Assembly (NCBI GenBank): GCA_016198125.1
Contig: JACQJG010000009.1
Coordinates: 5,104 to 69,103, forward strand
Source: Candidatus Iainarchaeum sp.
GTDB taxonomy: Archaea; Iainarchaeota; Iainarchaeia; Iainarchaeales; VGJJ01
DNA length: 64,000 nucleotides
Direction: 5' to 3'
The notes below the pieces were generated by a model that was not told the origin of the DNA, made no database searches, and worked only from the letters and a program-made list of their open reading frames with translations. Both the position numbers and the translations under genes were made by a program. This document shows positions 1 through 9,466 of this stretch, piece after piece (the first letter of the stretch is position 1; each line of letters starts with the position of its first letter).

Positions 1-80
1 GTCTTAAATGCTTTGAGCTTGTGATCGGTGTGCGTGTTGCACTTTTGACAATAAGTTGAAATGGTCTTTGGAATGTTCAT
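1..80 (-). CDS. rpl44e: 50S ribosomal protein L44e (5' part, runs off window start)
   Basis: Manual translation of the minus strand from ATG at 80: MNIPKTISTYCQKCNTHTDHKLKAFK, matching the L44e N-terminal zinc-ribbon pattern (PK..xTYCxxCxxHTxH). Not in the ORF track. Confidence 0.85.
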   Translation of the reverse strand, partial: MNIPKTISTYCQKCNTHTDHKLKAFK

Positions 81-238
81 AAAAAAAACCGTTAGCAGTA
101 AAACGATTCAGATTAATTCGTCTGGGCAAGGTTTTTAACCCTTTGCCGCGCACCCATTCAAAAGACTCGGCAAAGGAATAAAAATACGAGACCCTTAATT
201 ATGGTGGTTTTAACCCCTTAAAGGCTTAAAAAAGAGGA

Positions 239-1066
239 GTGGCCATGGCGCTCATGGAAGGTTTTCTGGATGGATTTAGGTGGATTCGACGCTTTCCTGT
301 TTTCCTGGCACCAGCGTTTTTTGGAGGTATTATTCAAGGAGCCCTGCTTTTATTTACCTGGGATTTTTGGCAGGATTTTGGAATCAGCTTGAGCAGCGGG
401 GCGTTTGCCCTTCCGGGAAACGCGCTTGAGGTTCCCGTGTTCTCATGGCTGGCATTTTCAGAGGTTTGGGGACCGGCCATTGGAATTTTGGGAGCAGGTT
501 TTCTGATTGAAATTGGCGTACTATTCGTGTACGCAAAAATGAGTGCCATGGTCATGCAAAAGAAAAAACCTGCGCTGGGGACTGCATTGAATGCAACCCT
601 CAGCCATTGGACAAGCGTAGTGGCCGTTGCACTTTTTTTCAGCGTAATCTTCGTATTCTTTGCATGGATTATTGCAGTACTTGCAGGCCTCAAAGGCCTA
701 TTGAACGGGATTGGAACAATACTCGCAGTTCTTGCATTCTTTGCCGCAGTCTATGTTTATGTAAGAAGCGTGTTTACGGCCCCTATTCTGGCCATGCATG
801 AAAAAGGGTTAAAGGAAGCCTTGAACACGTCTGCACGTTTTTCTTCTGGCAGGTTTTGGAGCATTGCCTTATTTTTTGGAATCCTTGCAGTGGGACTGCA
901 GGCAGTTCATGGAATTGGTGAAGTATTGGGGGACCCATTTTTGGGGGAAAACGCGCTTGCAGGCGTTCTCGTATTTGATTGGATTGGAAGAAGTTATGCA
1001 TTCACGGCGTTATGCATGTACTACTTAAATGGCGTGCGTGAAGCCAGGGCACGCAAAAGAAAATAA
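239..1066 (+). CDS. Polytopic membrane protein of unknown function
   Basis: 275 aa with about 6 hydrophobic segments and an 'ALxxSxxxxxGxFW' motif seen in uncharacterised membrane domains; GAGGAG ribosome-binding site upstream. Confidence 0.65.
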   Translation: MAMALMEGFLDGFRWIRRFPVFLAPAFFGGIIQGALLLFTWDFWQDFGISLSSGAFALPGNALEVPVFSWLAFSEVWGPAIGILGAGFLIEIGVLFVYAKMSAMVMQKKKPALGTALNATLSHWTSVVAVALFFSVIFVFFAWIIAVLAGLKGLLNGIGTILAVLAFFAAVYVYVRSVFTAPILAMHEKGLKEALNTSARFSSGRFWSIALFFGILAVGLQAVHGIGEVLGDPFLGENALAGVLVFDWIGRSYAFTALCMYYLNGVREARARKRK

Positions 1067-1086
1067 CGTTTGAGCGGGCATCTTTC

Positions 1087-4068
1087 ATGATTAAAATCAG
1101 CCGGGTGCGCATGAAAAACTTCAAATCCTTCCGCCAGGCCACTGTTCCGTTTGCCCAAGGCTTTACGTGCATCGTGGGAAGCAACGCAAGCGGCAAAAGC
1201 AATGTGATGGACGCCGTTTTATTTGGTTTGGGGGTGCAGAGCCTGAAGCTTTTGCGTGCAAGCCGGTTAACAGACCTGGTCAACCACGATGCACGGGAAA
1301 ACTACGCAGTCGTAACCGTTGAATTGCAGGACGAAGAAAAAAAATACGAGGTAAGCAGAACCATTGACAAGCAGGGAAAAGGCGCATACAGGCTGAATGA
1401 AAAGCGCGTTTCCCTGCACGAAATTGATACCCTATTGGGTGAATTGGGTGTAAGAACAGACGGGCATAATTTTGTTGTTCAGGGGGACATCACGCGCATC
1501 ATCGAAATGAACCCCGTAGAACGCAGGCAGGTCATAGACGAAATTGCCGGGCTGAAAGAATTTGAAGAAAAAAAGAAGGAAGCGCTTTCAGAACTTGAAA
1601 AGGTGGACAAGAAGATAAAAGAAGTACTTATCGTGTTAAACGAACGCACGTCTTTCATTGAGGAAATGGCCAAAGACAAGGAAAATGCATTAAAGTTCAT
1701 TGCACTTGAAAAGGAACTAAAATGTGCGCACAAAACCGTTCTGCATGAAGAGATCCAGCGCATTTCAAAAGACCTGTCTGAATTCCTTTCCAAGGAACTG
1801 GAATGGATTGAAAAAAAAGACGATTCCACTGAAAAAAAACGCGGAATTGGAGAAGAAATAAGCCAATTGGAAAAAAAAGCGGAAGACCTGAATACCCAGG
1901 TTATGGCCTCAAAAGAACGCGCGTTTGAAGAGGTTGGGAAAGGAATTGAAGAACTCAAAGGACAAATCCTCCTGCAGAACGAACGCTTAACGTCTAAACG
2001 CGAACAAGCGGACCAAAACCTTGCGCGCATTCAAGAAGCATTGCAGGAACTGGGAACCAGGGAAGGCGTGCTCAAGGATAAGCGTGAAACTGAAGACCAA
2101 TTGGCCAGAGCCTTGCAGGAAGTGCTCGAACAAGGAAAGCCCTTGCGCGAAAAACGGGAAGTGCAATTGAAAACCCTGCATGCCCAGAATACCTTGGTTA
2201 AAGAACTTGAAGAACAATTAAAGCACTTGAACAATGCCCTGGACAAGCGGCGCACAACATGGTATGAAAAGCAAAGCGAGCGGGAAGCCATTGAAAAGGA
2301 AGCATCGGCGCACGCCTTGCATGCAAGCCGATTGGAAACTGAAATAAAGCGCTTAGACGAAAAATTGCGCGTGCAAAGCCCAAGCATGAAACACTTAGAA
2401 GAGCTTAAAAAAACCCACCCTTCCATTGAAAACGAATTGGATCGTGCAGTCCAAGAATGGAGCAAGAATGTCCAAGACCTTGCGCAGGCACGCAGCCGGC
2501 AGGAACTGGCGGAACTTCATTTTAAACAGCTGGCCCATGCAAAAGCCAGGTGCCCGGTCTGCACGCGCGAATTGAGTGCGCAGGTTAAAACCGGACTGGA
2601 AGCCTTGCAGTCCAAGGCTTTGGAGGAATTAAACAAGGAAACAAATGCGCTCCTGCAGGGCCTTGAAAAGGCAAAAGAAAAGGAGAGTCAATTGAACACA
2701 CTTGAACGTGAAATGCGCGCATTGGAAGAGGTTTCACGCACCGCAAAAGAATGGAAGGCCCAAAAGGACCAACGCGAACGTGAGTTGAATGAGGCGCGCG
2801 CACGAATGAACATTGGTGCACGCCGAATGGAAGCTGACAATACGTTAAAAGAATTGGAAGGCCATTTTAACGCATCCAAAAAGGAATTCCTGGAATGCGA
2901 AAACGCTTTGCGCAGAGCCCGTGAAAAGCTCCAGGGCATGAGCTCTGGAGAGGAATGGAACGCATTCATTGAACGCAAAAGCGAACTGGAGGCGCGTCTT
3001 GCACAAGCCCGCATGCACGTACAACTGATCGGACAGGAATCCAGGCAACTCGGACAGGAAATGCGTGCATTGGAAGCCGAGAACAAGGAATTGGAAGAGG
3101 AAATGCATGAAACCCGGCAAGCCCTCGCAGAAAAACAACGTGCACTCAATGAAATGGAAGGACGCTACTCCAAGGCACTGGAAGCCAACGCTGACCTGAT
3201 AAAAAAACGCGGGCAAGTCAATGAAAAAGTTCATTCTCTTCGCGAAAAAATGGAGTTGTTGGACGAAAAGGTAAAGCAGGTAGACTACCAATTGTCTGAA
3301 CTTAAAATTGAAAAGTCCAGGAACGAAACCAGGCTGTCAGACATGCAAGAGGAAATAAAGCAGTTTGAAGGAACTGAAATAAGCCTCATTGAAGGCGTGG
3401 GCGTTGTTGAACTCAGGAAACGCATTCCTTTGATTGAACGCGAAATGAAGGCATTGGGGGCCATCAATATGAAGGCACTGCAGGACTTTGGAAGGTATGA
3501 AAAAGAAGCGTTGGAAGTCAAAGAAAAGGCTAAAAAACTTGAAGAAGAACGGCTGGCGGTTTTGGACCTCATCGCAAAAATTGATGTGCAGCGGACGGAT
3601 GTATTTATGCAATGCTTCCAGGTGGTCAATGAGAACTTTAACAGGCTTTATTATTCGTTTTTTGAAGGAGAAGCCAAACTGGGGTTCACAAATCCTGAAA
3701 AACCATTGGAAGCAGGATTGCTCATTGAAGCAAAGCATTCGGGTGAAAAACTCAAGAACATTGACTCCATGTCCGGGGGGGAAAAGAGCATGACCGCGCT
3801 TGCATTTCTCTTTGCCATTCAATTGTACGAGCCTGCTCCTTTTTACATTTTTGATGAGGCCGATGCAGCACTGGACAAAAGCAATTCCCTTAAATTGGCC
3901 AACATGATCAAGGAACTTTCAAAAAACAGCCAATTTATTGCCATTACCCACAATGACTCTCTTGTAAAACAGGCAGATCAAATAGTGGGGGTAACCCTTA
4001 ATGAGCACAAGAGTTCGGTGATTGGCCTTAAACTCCAGGAGCAATTACAATCTGCAGCAGCCGCATAA
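1087..4068 (+). CDS. smc: Smc-family chromosome ATPase, no recognisable hinge, central CPVC zinc-hook motif
   Basis: N-terminal NFKSF and Walker A GSNASGKSN, Q-loop VVQGDI; C-terminal GAINMKA, signature SMSGGEKS, Walker B PAPFYIFDEADAALD, QFIAITH; long coiled coils; CPVC at aa 489-492. Confidence 0.85.
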   Translation: MIKISRVRMKNFKSFRQATVPFAQGFTCIVGSNASGKSNVMDAVLFGLGVQSLKLLRASRLTDLVNHDARENYAVVTVELQDEEKKYEVSRTIDKQGKGAYRLNEKRVSLHEIDTLLGELGVRTDGHNFVVQGDITRIIEMNPVERRQVIDEIAGLKEFEEKKKEALSELEKVDKKIKEVLIVLNERTSFIEEMAKDKENALKFIALEKELKCAHKTVLHEEIQRISKDLSEFLSKELEWIEKKDDSTEKKRGIGEEISQLEKKAEDLNTQVMASKERAFEEVGKGIEELKGQILLQNERLTSKREQADQNLARIQEALQELGTREGVLKDKRETEDQLARALQEVLEQGKPLREKREVQLKTLHAQNTLVKELEEQLKHLNNALDKRRTTWYEKQSEREAIEKEASAHALHASRLETEIKRLDEKLRVQSPSMKHLEELKKTHPSIENELDRAVQEWSKNVQDLAQARSRQELAELHFKQLAHAKARCPVCTRELSAQVKTGLEALQSKALEELNKETNALLQGLEKAKEKESQLNTLEREMRALEEVSRTAKEWKAQKDQRERELNEARARMNIGARRMEADNTLKELEGHFNASKKEFLECENALRRAREKLQGMSSGEEWNAFIERKSELEARLAQARMHVQLIGQESRQLGQEMRALEAENKELEEEMHETRQALAEKQRALNEMEGRYSKALEANADLIKKRGQVNEKVHSLREKMELLDEKVKQVDYQLSELKIEKSRNETRLSDMQEEIKQFEGTEISLIEGVGVVELRKRIPLIEREMKALGAINMKALQDFGRYEKEALEVKEKAKKLEEERLAVLDLIAKIDVQRTDVFMQCFQVVNENFNRLYYSFFEGEAKLGFTNPEKPLEAGLLIEAKHSGEKLKNIDSMSGGEKSMTALAFLFAIQLYEPAPFYIFDEADAALDKSNSLKLANMIKELSKNSQFIAITHNDSLVKQADQIVGVTLNEHKSSVIGLKLQEQLQSAAAA

Positions 4069-4095
4069 GGGGTTTTGAAGGTGTTTGTGCACAAC

Positions 4096-5184
4096 ATGAA
4101 ATGCTTTAACTGCGATGCCGTTTACCTGCCCGTGCATTCCTATCCAAGTTGCGCGCGGTGCGGGGGCATGCTGGACTTTGAATATGATCTCAACGCCGTA
4201 CGCCGTTTTGTCCGAACGCCGGATTTTAGGTCCAAACCGGTATCCCAATGGAAGTATCTTCCATTCTATCCAATAAAAAATCCAGCACTCCTTATAACTC
4301 TTGGAGAAGGAAACACTCCCCTCATTCCTTCCATGAAAAAAAAGGAGGTTTTGTTCAAATTTGAAGGGGTTAATCCAACGGGCTCATTCAAAGACCGCGG
4401 TTCAAGCATTGAAATCACTTTTGCCAAAGAACAGGGCGTAAAGCGCGTGGTGTGCGCAAGCACAGGCAATATGGGGGCCAGCATTGCAGCGTACGCAGAG
4501 CGCGCAAAAATGCGTGCAACCATCTTTGTTCCAACATTTGCGCCCGAGCGAAAGCTCAGGGAAATAAAATCATATGGTGCCAACGTGCGCAGGGTTCACG
4601 GAAACTATGATGACGCGCTCTGCGCAAGCTATGATGCAGTGTTAAAAGCAGGAAAAGTATTCCTTACCGGAGATTACCCTTTGCGGTGCGAAGGCCAGAA
4701 AAGCGTGGCATTTGAAATTGCAGAGCAGTTGCAGTTCAGGGCCCCAAGAAACGTGGTGTGCCCCATTGGAAACGGCACGCTCTTGTACGCTCTCTTCAAG
4801 GGATTCAACGAGCTCGCCTGCGCAGGCCTTATTGGGAAGATACCCAAGCTTTTCGGAGTGCAGGCCGCGGGTTGCAATCCTGTTGAAAACGCGTGGCGCA
4901 ATAATACAGCGTGGATAACCCCGCTCAAGCGCACGCGCACCCACGCCTCGGCCATCAACTGTGGAAACCCGGTGTATGGATTGCACGCATTGAAAGCCAT
5001 TCGTTCAACCAACGGAAAATGCATTGCGTTAACGGATTCCGAGTTAAAAGCCAGCCAAAAAGCCCTTGCACGCGAAGGAATTCACGCCGAGCTTTCCGGT
5101 TCAGCCGCAAGAGGCGGGGCATTAAAACTGGGATTGAAAGGAACCACCGTGGTCATTGTGAGCGGTCACGGATTGAAGGAGTAA
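4096..5184 (+). CDS. thrC: Threonine synthase (PLP fold-type II)
   Basis: N-terminal CxxC...CxxC, TLGEGNTPL, KFEGVNPTGSFKDRG (PLP lysine), CASTGN, PIGNG, SGHGLK. Start uncertain (4075-4096). Confidence 0.85.
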   Translation: MKCFNCDAVYLPVHSYPSCARCGGMLDFEYDLNAVRRFVRTPDFRSKPVSQWKYLPFYPIKNPALLITLGEGNTPLIPSMKKKEVLFKFEGVNPTGSFKDRGSSIEITFAKEQGVKRVVCASTGNMGASIAAYAERAKMRATIFVPTFAPERKLREIKSYGANVRRVHGNYDDALCASYDAVLKAGKVFLTGDYPLRCEGQKSVAFEIAEQLQFRAPRNVVCPIGNGTLLYALFKGFNELACAGLIGKIPKLFGVQAAGCNPVENAWRNNTAWITPLKRTRTHASAINCGNPVYGLHALKAIRSTNGKCIALTDSELKASQKALAREGIHAELSGSAARGGALKLGLKGTTVVIVSGHGLKE

Positions 5185-5260
5185 ATCATGAACGACTGCG
5201 GGCGACATGAATAAATCTTGTTTTAATCCACCTGCCCCTATTCCAGTTTAAAAGCCCTGG

Positions 5261-5279
5261 GCGAAAACGATTTTAATTC
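5261..5279 (+). promoter_or_regulatory. BRE/TATA-like promoter element of RelE-like gene 1 (GCGAAAACGATTTTAATTC)
   Basis: Ends 21 nt before ATG 5301; an identical 19-mer lies upstream of the paralogue at 12149-12167 (minus strand). Confidence 0.7.
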
Positions 5280-5300
5280 ATGCCCCTGGTTTTGTGATAA

Positions 5301-5633
5301 ATGGCCGAGTACAGGGTACTGAAAACAGGGGAGTTTGATGAATCCTTTTATCGTTTGAATTCCATTGCACGAAAAAGGATTGGACGTTTTTTAGACCAAT
5401 TGCAGGACAAGGGGGGAATGGTTGGAAAACCGTTGAGCGTTCCATTCATACGGGAAAAGAAATTCAACGGAAACCGGCTTTATTTTCTTGTCTATGTAGA
5501 ACTTAAGGCAGTCCTAGTCGTTGGAATTAGCACAAAGAAAGCTCAAAGCGTGGTTATTGCAGGAGTTAAGGCAAAACTGGGAGAATACAGAGAAATGGTT
5601 TTGCACATGCTACAAGAAAACCCTTATTTGTAG
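5301..5633 (+). CDS. RelE/ParE-like toxin, copy 1
   Basis: 110 aa basic protein with Y.V..T.EF start, VGKPL, REKKF and RLYFLVY motifs of the RelE fold; about 53/110 identical to 11797..12129 (manual ungapped count). Confidence 0.7.
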   Translation: MAEYRVLKTGEFDESFYRLNSIARKRIGRFLDQLQDKGGMVGKPLSVPFIREKKFNGNRLYFLVYVELKAVLVVGISTKKAQSVVIAGVKAKLGEYREMVLHMLQENPYL

Positions 5634-5764
5634 GGCGGCTTCCATTCACTAATACGCCCGTGTTTAAGGTCTTCTAATGCGCGCATGAACATTTGGTACA
5701 CTTCATCGTCTTCCAAAGAAAGTTTCTTGGACATCCTGGATTTGGTCATCGTTAAAGTCTTCAT
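5624..5764 (-). CDS. 46-aa putative antitoxin, copy 1 (convergent with the toxin)
   Basis: Manual translation MKTLTMTKSRMSKKLSLEDDEVYQMFMRALEDLKHGRISEWKPPYK; 'LEDxxxGRx' end as in small archaeal antitoxins; TTTAAT about 25 nt upstream; paralogue at 11664..11804. Not in the ORF track. Confidence 0.75.
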   Translation of the reverse strand: MKTLTMTKSRMSKKLSLEDDEVYQMFMRALEDLKHGRISEWKPPYK

Positions 5765-5806
5765 AAATAGATTGCCTGCGTTTCCATTTAAATTCTTTTT
5801 GGCTAT

Positions 5807-8137
5807 TCAGGCCCCGGGTTTTGGTAAAATCTTTTTCTTGGCAGTCCCTTTGGCCTTCCATTTGGGTTTTGATTCGCCAGTTCCAACAGGCTTGGGTTTT
5901 GCCTCGTTTGCCGCTGGAGCATGCGACCGTCCTGCCTGTACGGCCCGCATGCGTTTCCGGTATTCCCTGGATTCCATTTCCATGCGCGATTTGGCGTTTT
6001 CGAACTCTTCTTTAGATAAAAGGCCTTGGGCCTGTTGTTCTTCCAAGTGACGCACAGCCACCCGATTGGCAAACACGCGTGCTTCCAGCGTATCCAGTTC
6101 CACCAGGCGCGCAGACTTGGATGAACTGCTTTTATCGCCGCCGGATGCTGGGCGTGCTGAAGCAGCGCTCTTGCGCTGTATCAAAGTAAGACCCACTACC
6201 AGCACGATCAATAAGAGGATCAACCCCAGGAGTCCCATGAAGAGCATTTGCTGCAAGGTGAACCCGGGTATGGGTTCCACTTTTATTTGAACGCCATTTG
6301 TAAAAGGCTGTGTCCCATTAACCGTTAAGGGTGTTTTCTTGTAAGCATCGATTGAATCATAATACGCATAAATGTCTTCGGTCACGCGGAACGTATTTTC
6401 TGCCAGGTATGCAAGCAAAAGGCCGTTGTGCAGGAAGCCAGACGCAGAGGTTCCCTTGTTCTTGGAGTGGTAGAATTCCGCGGATTTAAGAAAGTACCGC
6501 GCATGATCCAGGTAAAGGTTGGCCCATGCAAATTCATGCCTGGAAGCGCTCATGTCCTGTGAAAGGGTCTGAATTTTTTCGCTCAATTCCATTAAAAGGG
6601 TTTCATAGTCCTTGTCCTGGCCTGCAATTGTTCCATTTACGAGGCCCAGCGCGGAGGCAGCATCCATGGAGGCCGCCAAGTGCCATTTATGTGCTTGTTC
6701 AAGCTTGCTGGCATCAAGTCTCCGCACAATATCCTCTGAATCTTCCTGGGAGATGACAGTCAAACCGTTTTCCACGTTCACTTGAAAATCCCCAAAATAG
6801 TCTTTGAAGGATTCATCCGGTTTTACTTGGTTGGCAGAAGTTTGCAGGCCGATTTCATAAAAGTCTTTGGCTGCTTCAAACCATGCGCGCGCGAACTCGT
6901 ATTCACGCAGCCGGCCAATGATTTCATTGTACGCTGCATTGGGGTCTCCTTCAATGTCCACTTGAATGACCTGGTTTTCGGTCAACTTCTTAACGTTCAA
7001 TTCTGCCCACGTCAAACGCTGCTGGGCTGCAATGTACCATTCAATTCCTTCCAATGGGACCGCATTATCAAGCACGCGTTTGAATGATTGTATTTCCTTA
7101 TTCAAACTGGAGATGTTGAGTGAAAAGAATGTTGAACCCTGGTTCAAAAGCGACGGGTTTTCTGAAAGGTCTTTTACCAGGTACGCGTTGACCTTGGCAA
7201 GGAAAATAGAATTCCCTGCAGAATAATAAAAATTGTTGGCGGTTAACAGTTCTGCTTCCTGAAGGGTTTTCTCTGAACTATTGAGGCTGTCCAGCAGCAC
7301 GTTTATGAGGCCCGGGTCCTCCAACAGCGTGGTGGAAAGCGAGTTGCGTGCCTCATTAACGATTTGGGTTGCAGAAGCAAGCAGCCGCTTGTTTAACTCG
7401 CCCAGCGCCTGGGCTTTGGGTTTCACTTCAACTTTTTCGGGAATGTACGTTTCCAGTTCAGGTTCCACGGCTTCATTGATGTCGATTTGCCCAATGTCTT
7501 TGAATGCAAGTTCAAGGACTTGGTCAAGGTCGTGCACTTCCACTACTTTCATGCCCCACGTCTGCAGTGCATATTCCGGCAGCAGCACGGTTTTTACGCC
7601 TTCAGGCAGTTTAACGACCTGCTTGGCTTCGCCTTTTGGGATCATGAATAATTTAATTCCTTTGCCTGCGGCTTCCTTGGACTTTTCAAACACGCCTCCA
7701 ACGGCTCCAACCGTTCCATCGTCGCTGATGGTGCCTGTCAGTGCAACGTTTTTTGGAAAGGGTTTATCCTGGAGCATGGTGACTGCAAGTGCGGTCATGG
7801 CTGCTCCGGCCGAAGGGCCTTCCACCACAGACGCATTGGATTTAATGGTGAAAAAATAATCATAACCCCCGGTGTCCACGTAATTGCTTGCCACTTTGAT
7901 GGCCACGCGCTCTGCGTTTTGGGTAGTGGTTCCAACCAAAGGAGTAATGGCACTCCAAATGTTTCCACTTCCTGGTTTTATCTGGAGTATGAGTTCTGCT
8001 TCCAGCGCTTCTCCTTCTGTGGTGACTGCATATACCTTCATGGAACCTTCTGAGAGTACTGCAAGCACAGGCGTGGCAAACGAAGATAGGAAAAGAACAG
8101 TCAAAAACAATGCAGGCCAGGTTCCAGCGCGCGACAT
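5807..8137 (-). CDS. Membrane-anchored archaeal S16 (Lon-protease-domain) serine protease, COG1750-like
   Basis: Signal peptide; VEGPSAG (catalytic Ser), LTGTI..DG.VGAVGGVFEK (Lys of the Ser-Lys dyad); helical body; C-terminal TM helix and basic tail; no AAA domain. Confidence 0.8.
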   Translation of the reverse strand: MSRAGTWPALFLTVLFLSSFATPVLAVLSEGSMKVYAVTTEGEALEAELILQIKPGSGNIWSAITPLVGTTTQNAERVAIKVASNYVDTGGYDYFFTIKSNASVVEGPSAGAAMTALAVTMLQDKPFPKNVALTGTISDDGTVGAVGGVFEKSKEAAGKGIKLFMIPKGEAKQVVKLPEGVKTVLLPEYALQTWGMKVVEVHDLDQVLELAFKDIGQIDINEAVEPELETYIPEKVEVKPKAQALGELNKRLLASATQIVNEARNSLSTTLLEDPGLINVLLDSLNSSEKTLQEAELLTANNFYYSAGNSIFLAKVNAYLVKDLSENPSLLNQGSTFFSLNISSLNKEIQSFKRVLDNAVPLEGIEWYIAAQQRLTWAELNVKKLTENQVIQVDIEGDPNAAYNEIIGRLREYEFARAWFEAAKDFYEIGLQTSANQVKPDESFKDYFGDFQVNVENGLTVISQEDSEDIVRRLDASKLEQAHKWHLAASMDAASALGLVNGTIAGQDKDYETLLMELSEKIQTLSQDMSASRHEFAWANLYLDHARYFLKSAEFYHSKNKGTSASGFLHNGLLLAYLAENTFRVTEDIYAYYDSIDAYKKTPLTVNGTQPFTNGVQIKVEPIPGFTLQQMLFMGLLGLILLLIVLVVGLTLIQRKSAASARPASGGDKSSSSKSARLVELDTLEARVFANRVAVRHLEEQQAQGLLSKEEFENAKSRMEMESREYRKRMRAVQAGRSHAPAANEAKPKPVGTGESKPKWKAKGTAKKKILPKPGA

Positions 8138-8177
8138 GAACCAATCATAATTGAAAAACCCTTTAAATAGGTTTGGG

Positions 8178-8256
8178 TTTGGCCAGCATTCGGCTTAACA
8201 TGGGAACTGGGGGTTTATCCCAGCCATGCGGTGAATGCCAAAAGCAGCGTACGCTG
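8178..8256. other. Long interrupted stem-loop plus 12-bp palindrome in the rpl12-protease intergenic region
   Basis: Nested pairings TTTGG/CCAAA, GCATTC/GAATGC, CATGG/CCATG, CTGGG/CCCAG; then CAGCGTACGCTG at 8245-8256. Confidence 0.5.
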
Positions 8257-8294
8257 ATGGAGTAACAAAAGAGAAGGAAGGGAAAGCAGGTTGT

Positions 8295-8594
8295 TTAACC
8301 GAACAATCCTGCGAGTCCTGCGGCTGCTTCTTCTTCGCTTTTCTTTTCCTCTTCAACTGCCTTCTTTTCGTCGTGCTTGACTTCCGCACCTCCGCTGGCT
8401 GCAGCAGGGGCTGCTACTACTGCGGCTTTGGCGATGGCATCATCAATGTTGACTTCCTTGAGGGAAGCCACCAATGCTTTGGCCTTCAGGTGGTCTGCTT
8501 CAATGCCTGCGGCGTGCAGTACCTTGCTAACCGATTCCTCGGAGACTTCCTTTTTTGCGGAATGCAACAACAGGGCCGTATACACGTATTCCAT
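8295..8594 (-). CDS. rpl12: 50S ribosomal stalk protein P1/L12
   Basis: [11 protein letters not shown] start, Ala-rich hinge, acidic tail ending [12 protein letters not shown]. Confidence 0.95.
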   Translation of the reverse strand: MEYVYTALLLHSAKKEVSEESVSKVLHAAGIEADHLKAKALVASLKEVNIDDAIAKAAVVAAPAAASGGAEVKHDEKKAVEEEKKSEEEAAAGLAGLFG

Positions 8595-8635
8595 TTCTTG
8601 TCACCTCGTTTTCAAGTGTTTTGTTCTATTGAATT

Positions 8636-9466
8636 TTAAGCGCTTGCACGTGCCTCCTGGGATTGTGCGGATTGTCCTCCTGCCGCTTCTGCAGTTTCAC
8701 GTGCTCTTTTCCCTTCAACTTCCGCGTTTAACTCTTTGGCTTCGCGGAAAGCCTTTCCCAAAAGCACTTCAATGGACGCATGGTTGAATATTTGCGCGTT
8801 TACTGCCAGGTTTAGGGCATTCCTGTATGCCTGCATGAATTCTTCCAGGGTCTTTTCCGGGTCAATGTCAAGCACGCTTCCAGGATACAGTTCACCGTTT
8901 TCCAGTACTGAATGCACATTCAACTGCAAGGTAATGGGCTTGATGTTGAGTTTTGAAAGCGTGCTGGCCACTGCCAGTGCAATGGGCTCGCCTTTCTTTG
9001 CAACAACTTTGTTTTCAACAACTGCAATGGTCGTGCCCTGCACGCGCACGTTCAATCCGGCTCCTTTCAGGTCCGAGAGTGCAGGGCCTGGCGGCAGTCC
9101 AGTGTCTCCTGCAGGCACTACAATGTCTGCAGGTGCAAGTTGACCGGGCTTTGCAGAAACTTTTCCCTTGCTTTTTTTCACGCGTGCATACAATTCAAAT
9201 GCGTTGAGCTTGGAAAACAGTACGGCAGAGCTTCCGGTGGAAACTTCTTTGAGTTTGGGCAGTCCTGCTTCCTCGAACGCGCGTTGAATCACGCGGATTT
9301 TTGACACCCTTACAACAGCGTCTTTGCTTAAATTCCAGCGCAGTCTTCCAAAGAGCGTGGCAGGAAAGTTGTCAATGTTGGCCACGGCAATGGTGGGGTA
9401 TTCCTTGCACAAGTGCTTGAGTTCAACAAGGCCTTTTTGCTTCCAGGTCTTTGTGTGGCGCCTCAT
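8636..9466 (-). CDS. rpl10: 50S ribosomal protein L10/P0 (short C-terminus)
   Basis: AKPGQLAPADIVVPAGDTGLPPGP motif; lies between rpl1 and rpl12. Confidence 0.9.
   Translation of the reverse strand: MRRHTKTWKQKGLVELKHLCKEYPTIAVANIDNFPATLFGRLRWNLSKDAVVRVSKIRVIQRAFEEAGLPKLKEVSTGSSAVLFSKLNAFELYARVKKSKGKVSAKPGQLAPADIVVPAGDTGLPPGPALSDLKGAGLNVRVQGTTIAVVENKVVAKKGEPIALAVASTLSKLNIKPITLQLNVHSVLENGELYPGSVLDIDPEKTLEEFMQAYRNALNLAVNAQIFNHASIEVLLGKAFREAKELNAEVEGKRARETAEAAGGQSAQSQEARASA

Noticed and set aside
1087..4068. Annotation as Rad50/SbcC
   Set aside because: Despite the CPVC motif, the head motifs (DEADAALD, PAPFY, GAIN) are Smc-type and no mre11/nurA/herA is adjacent.
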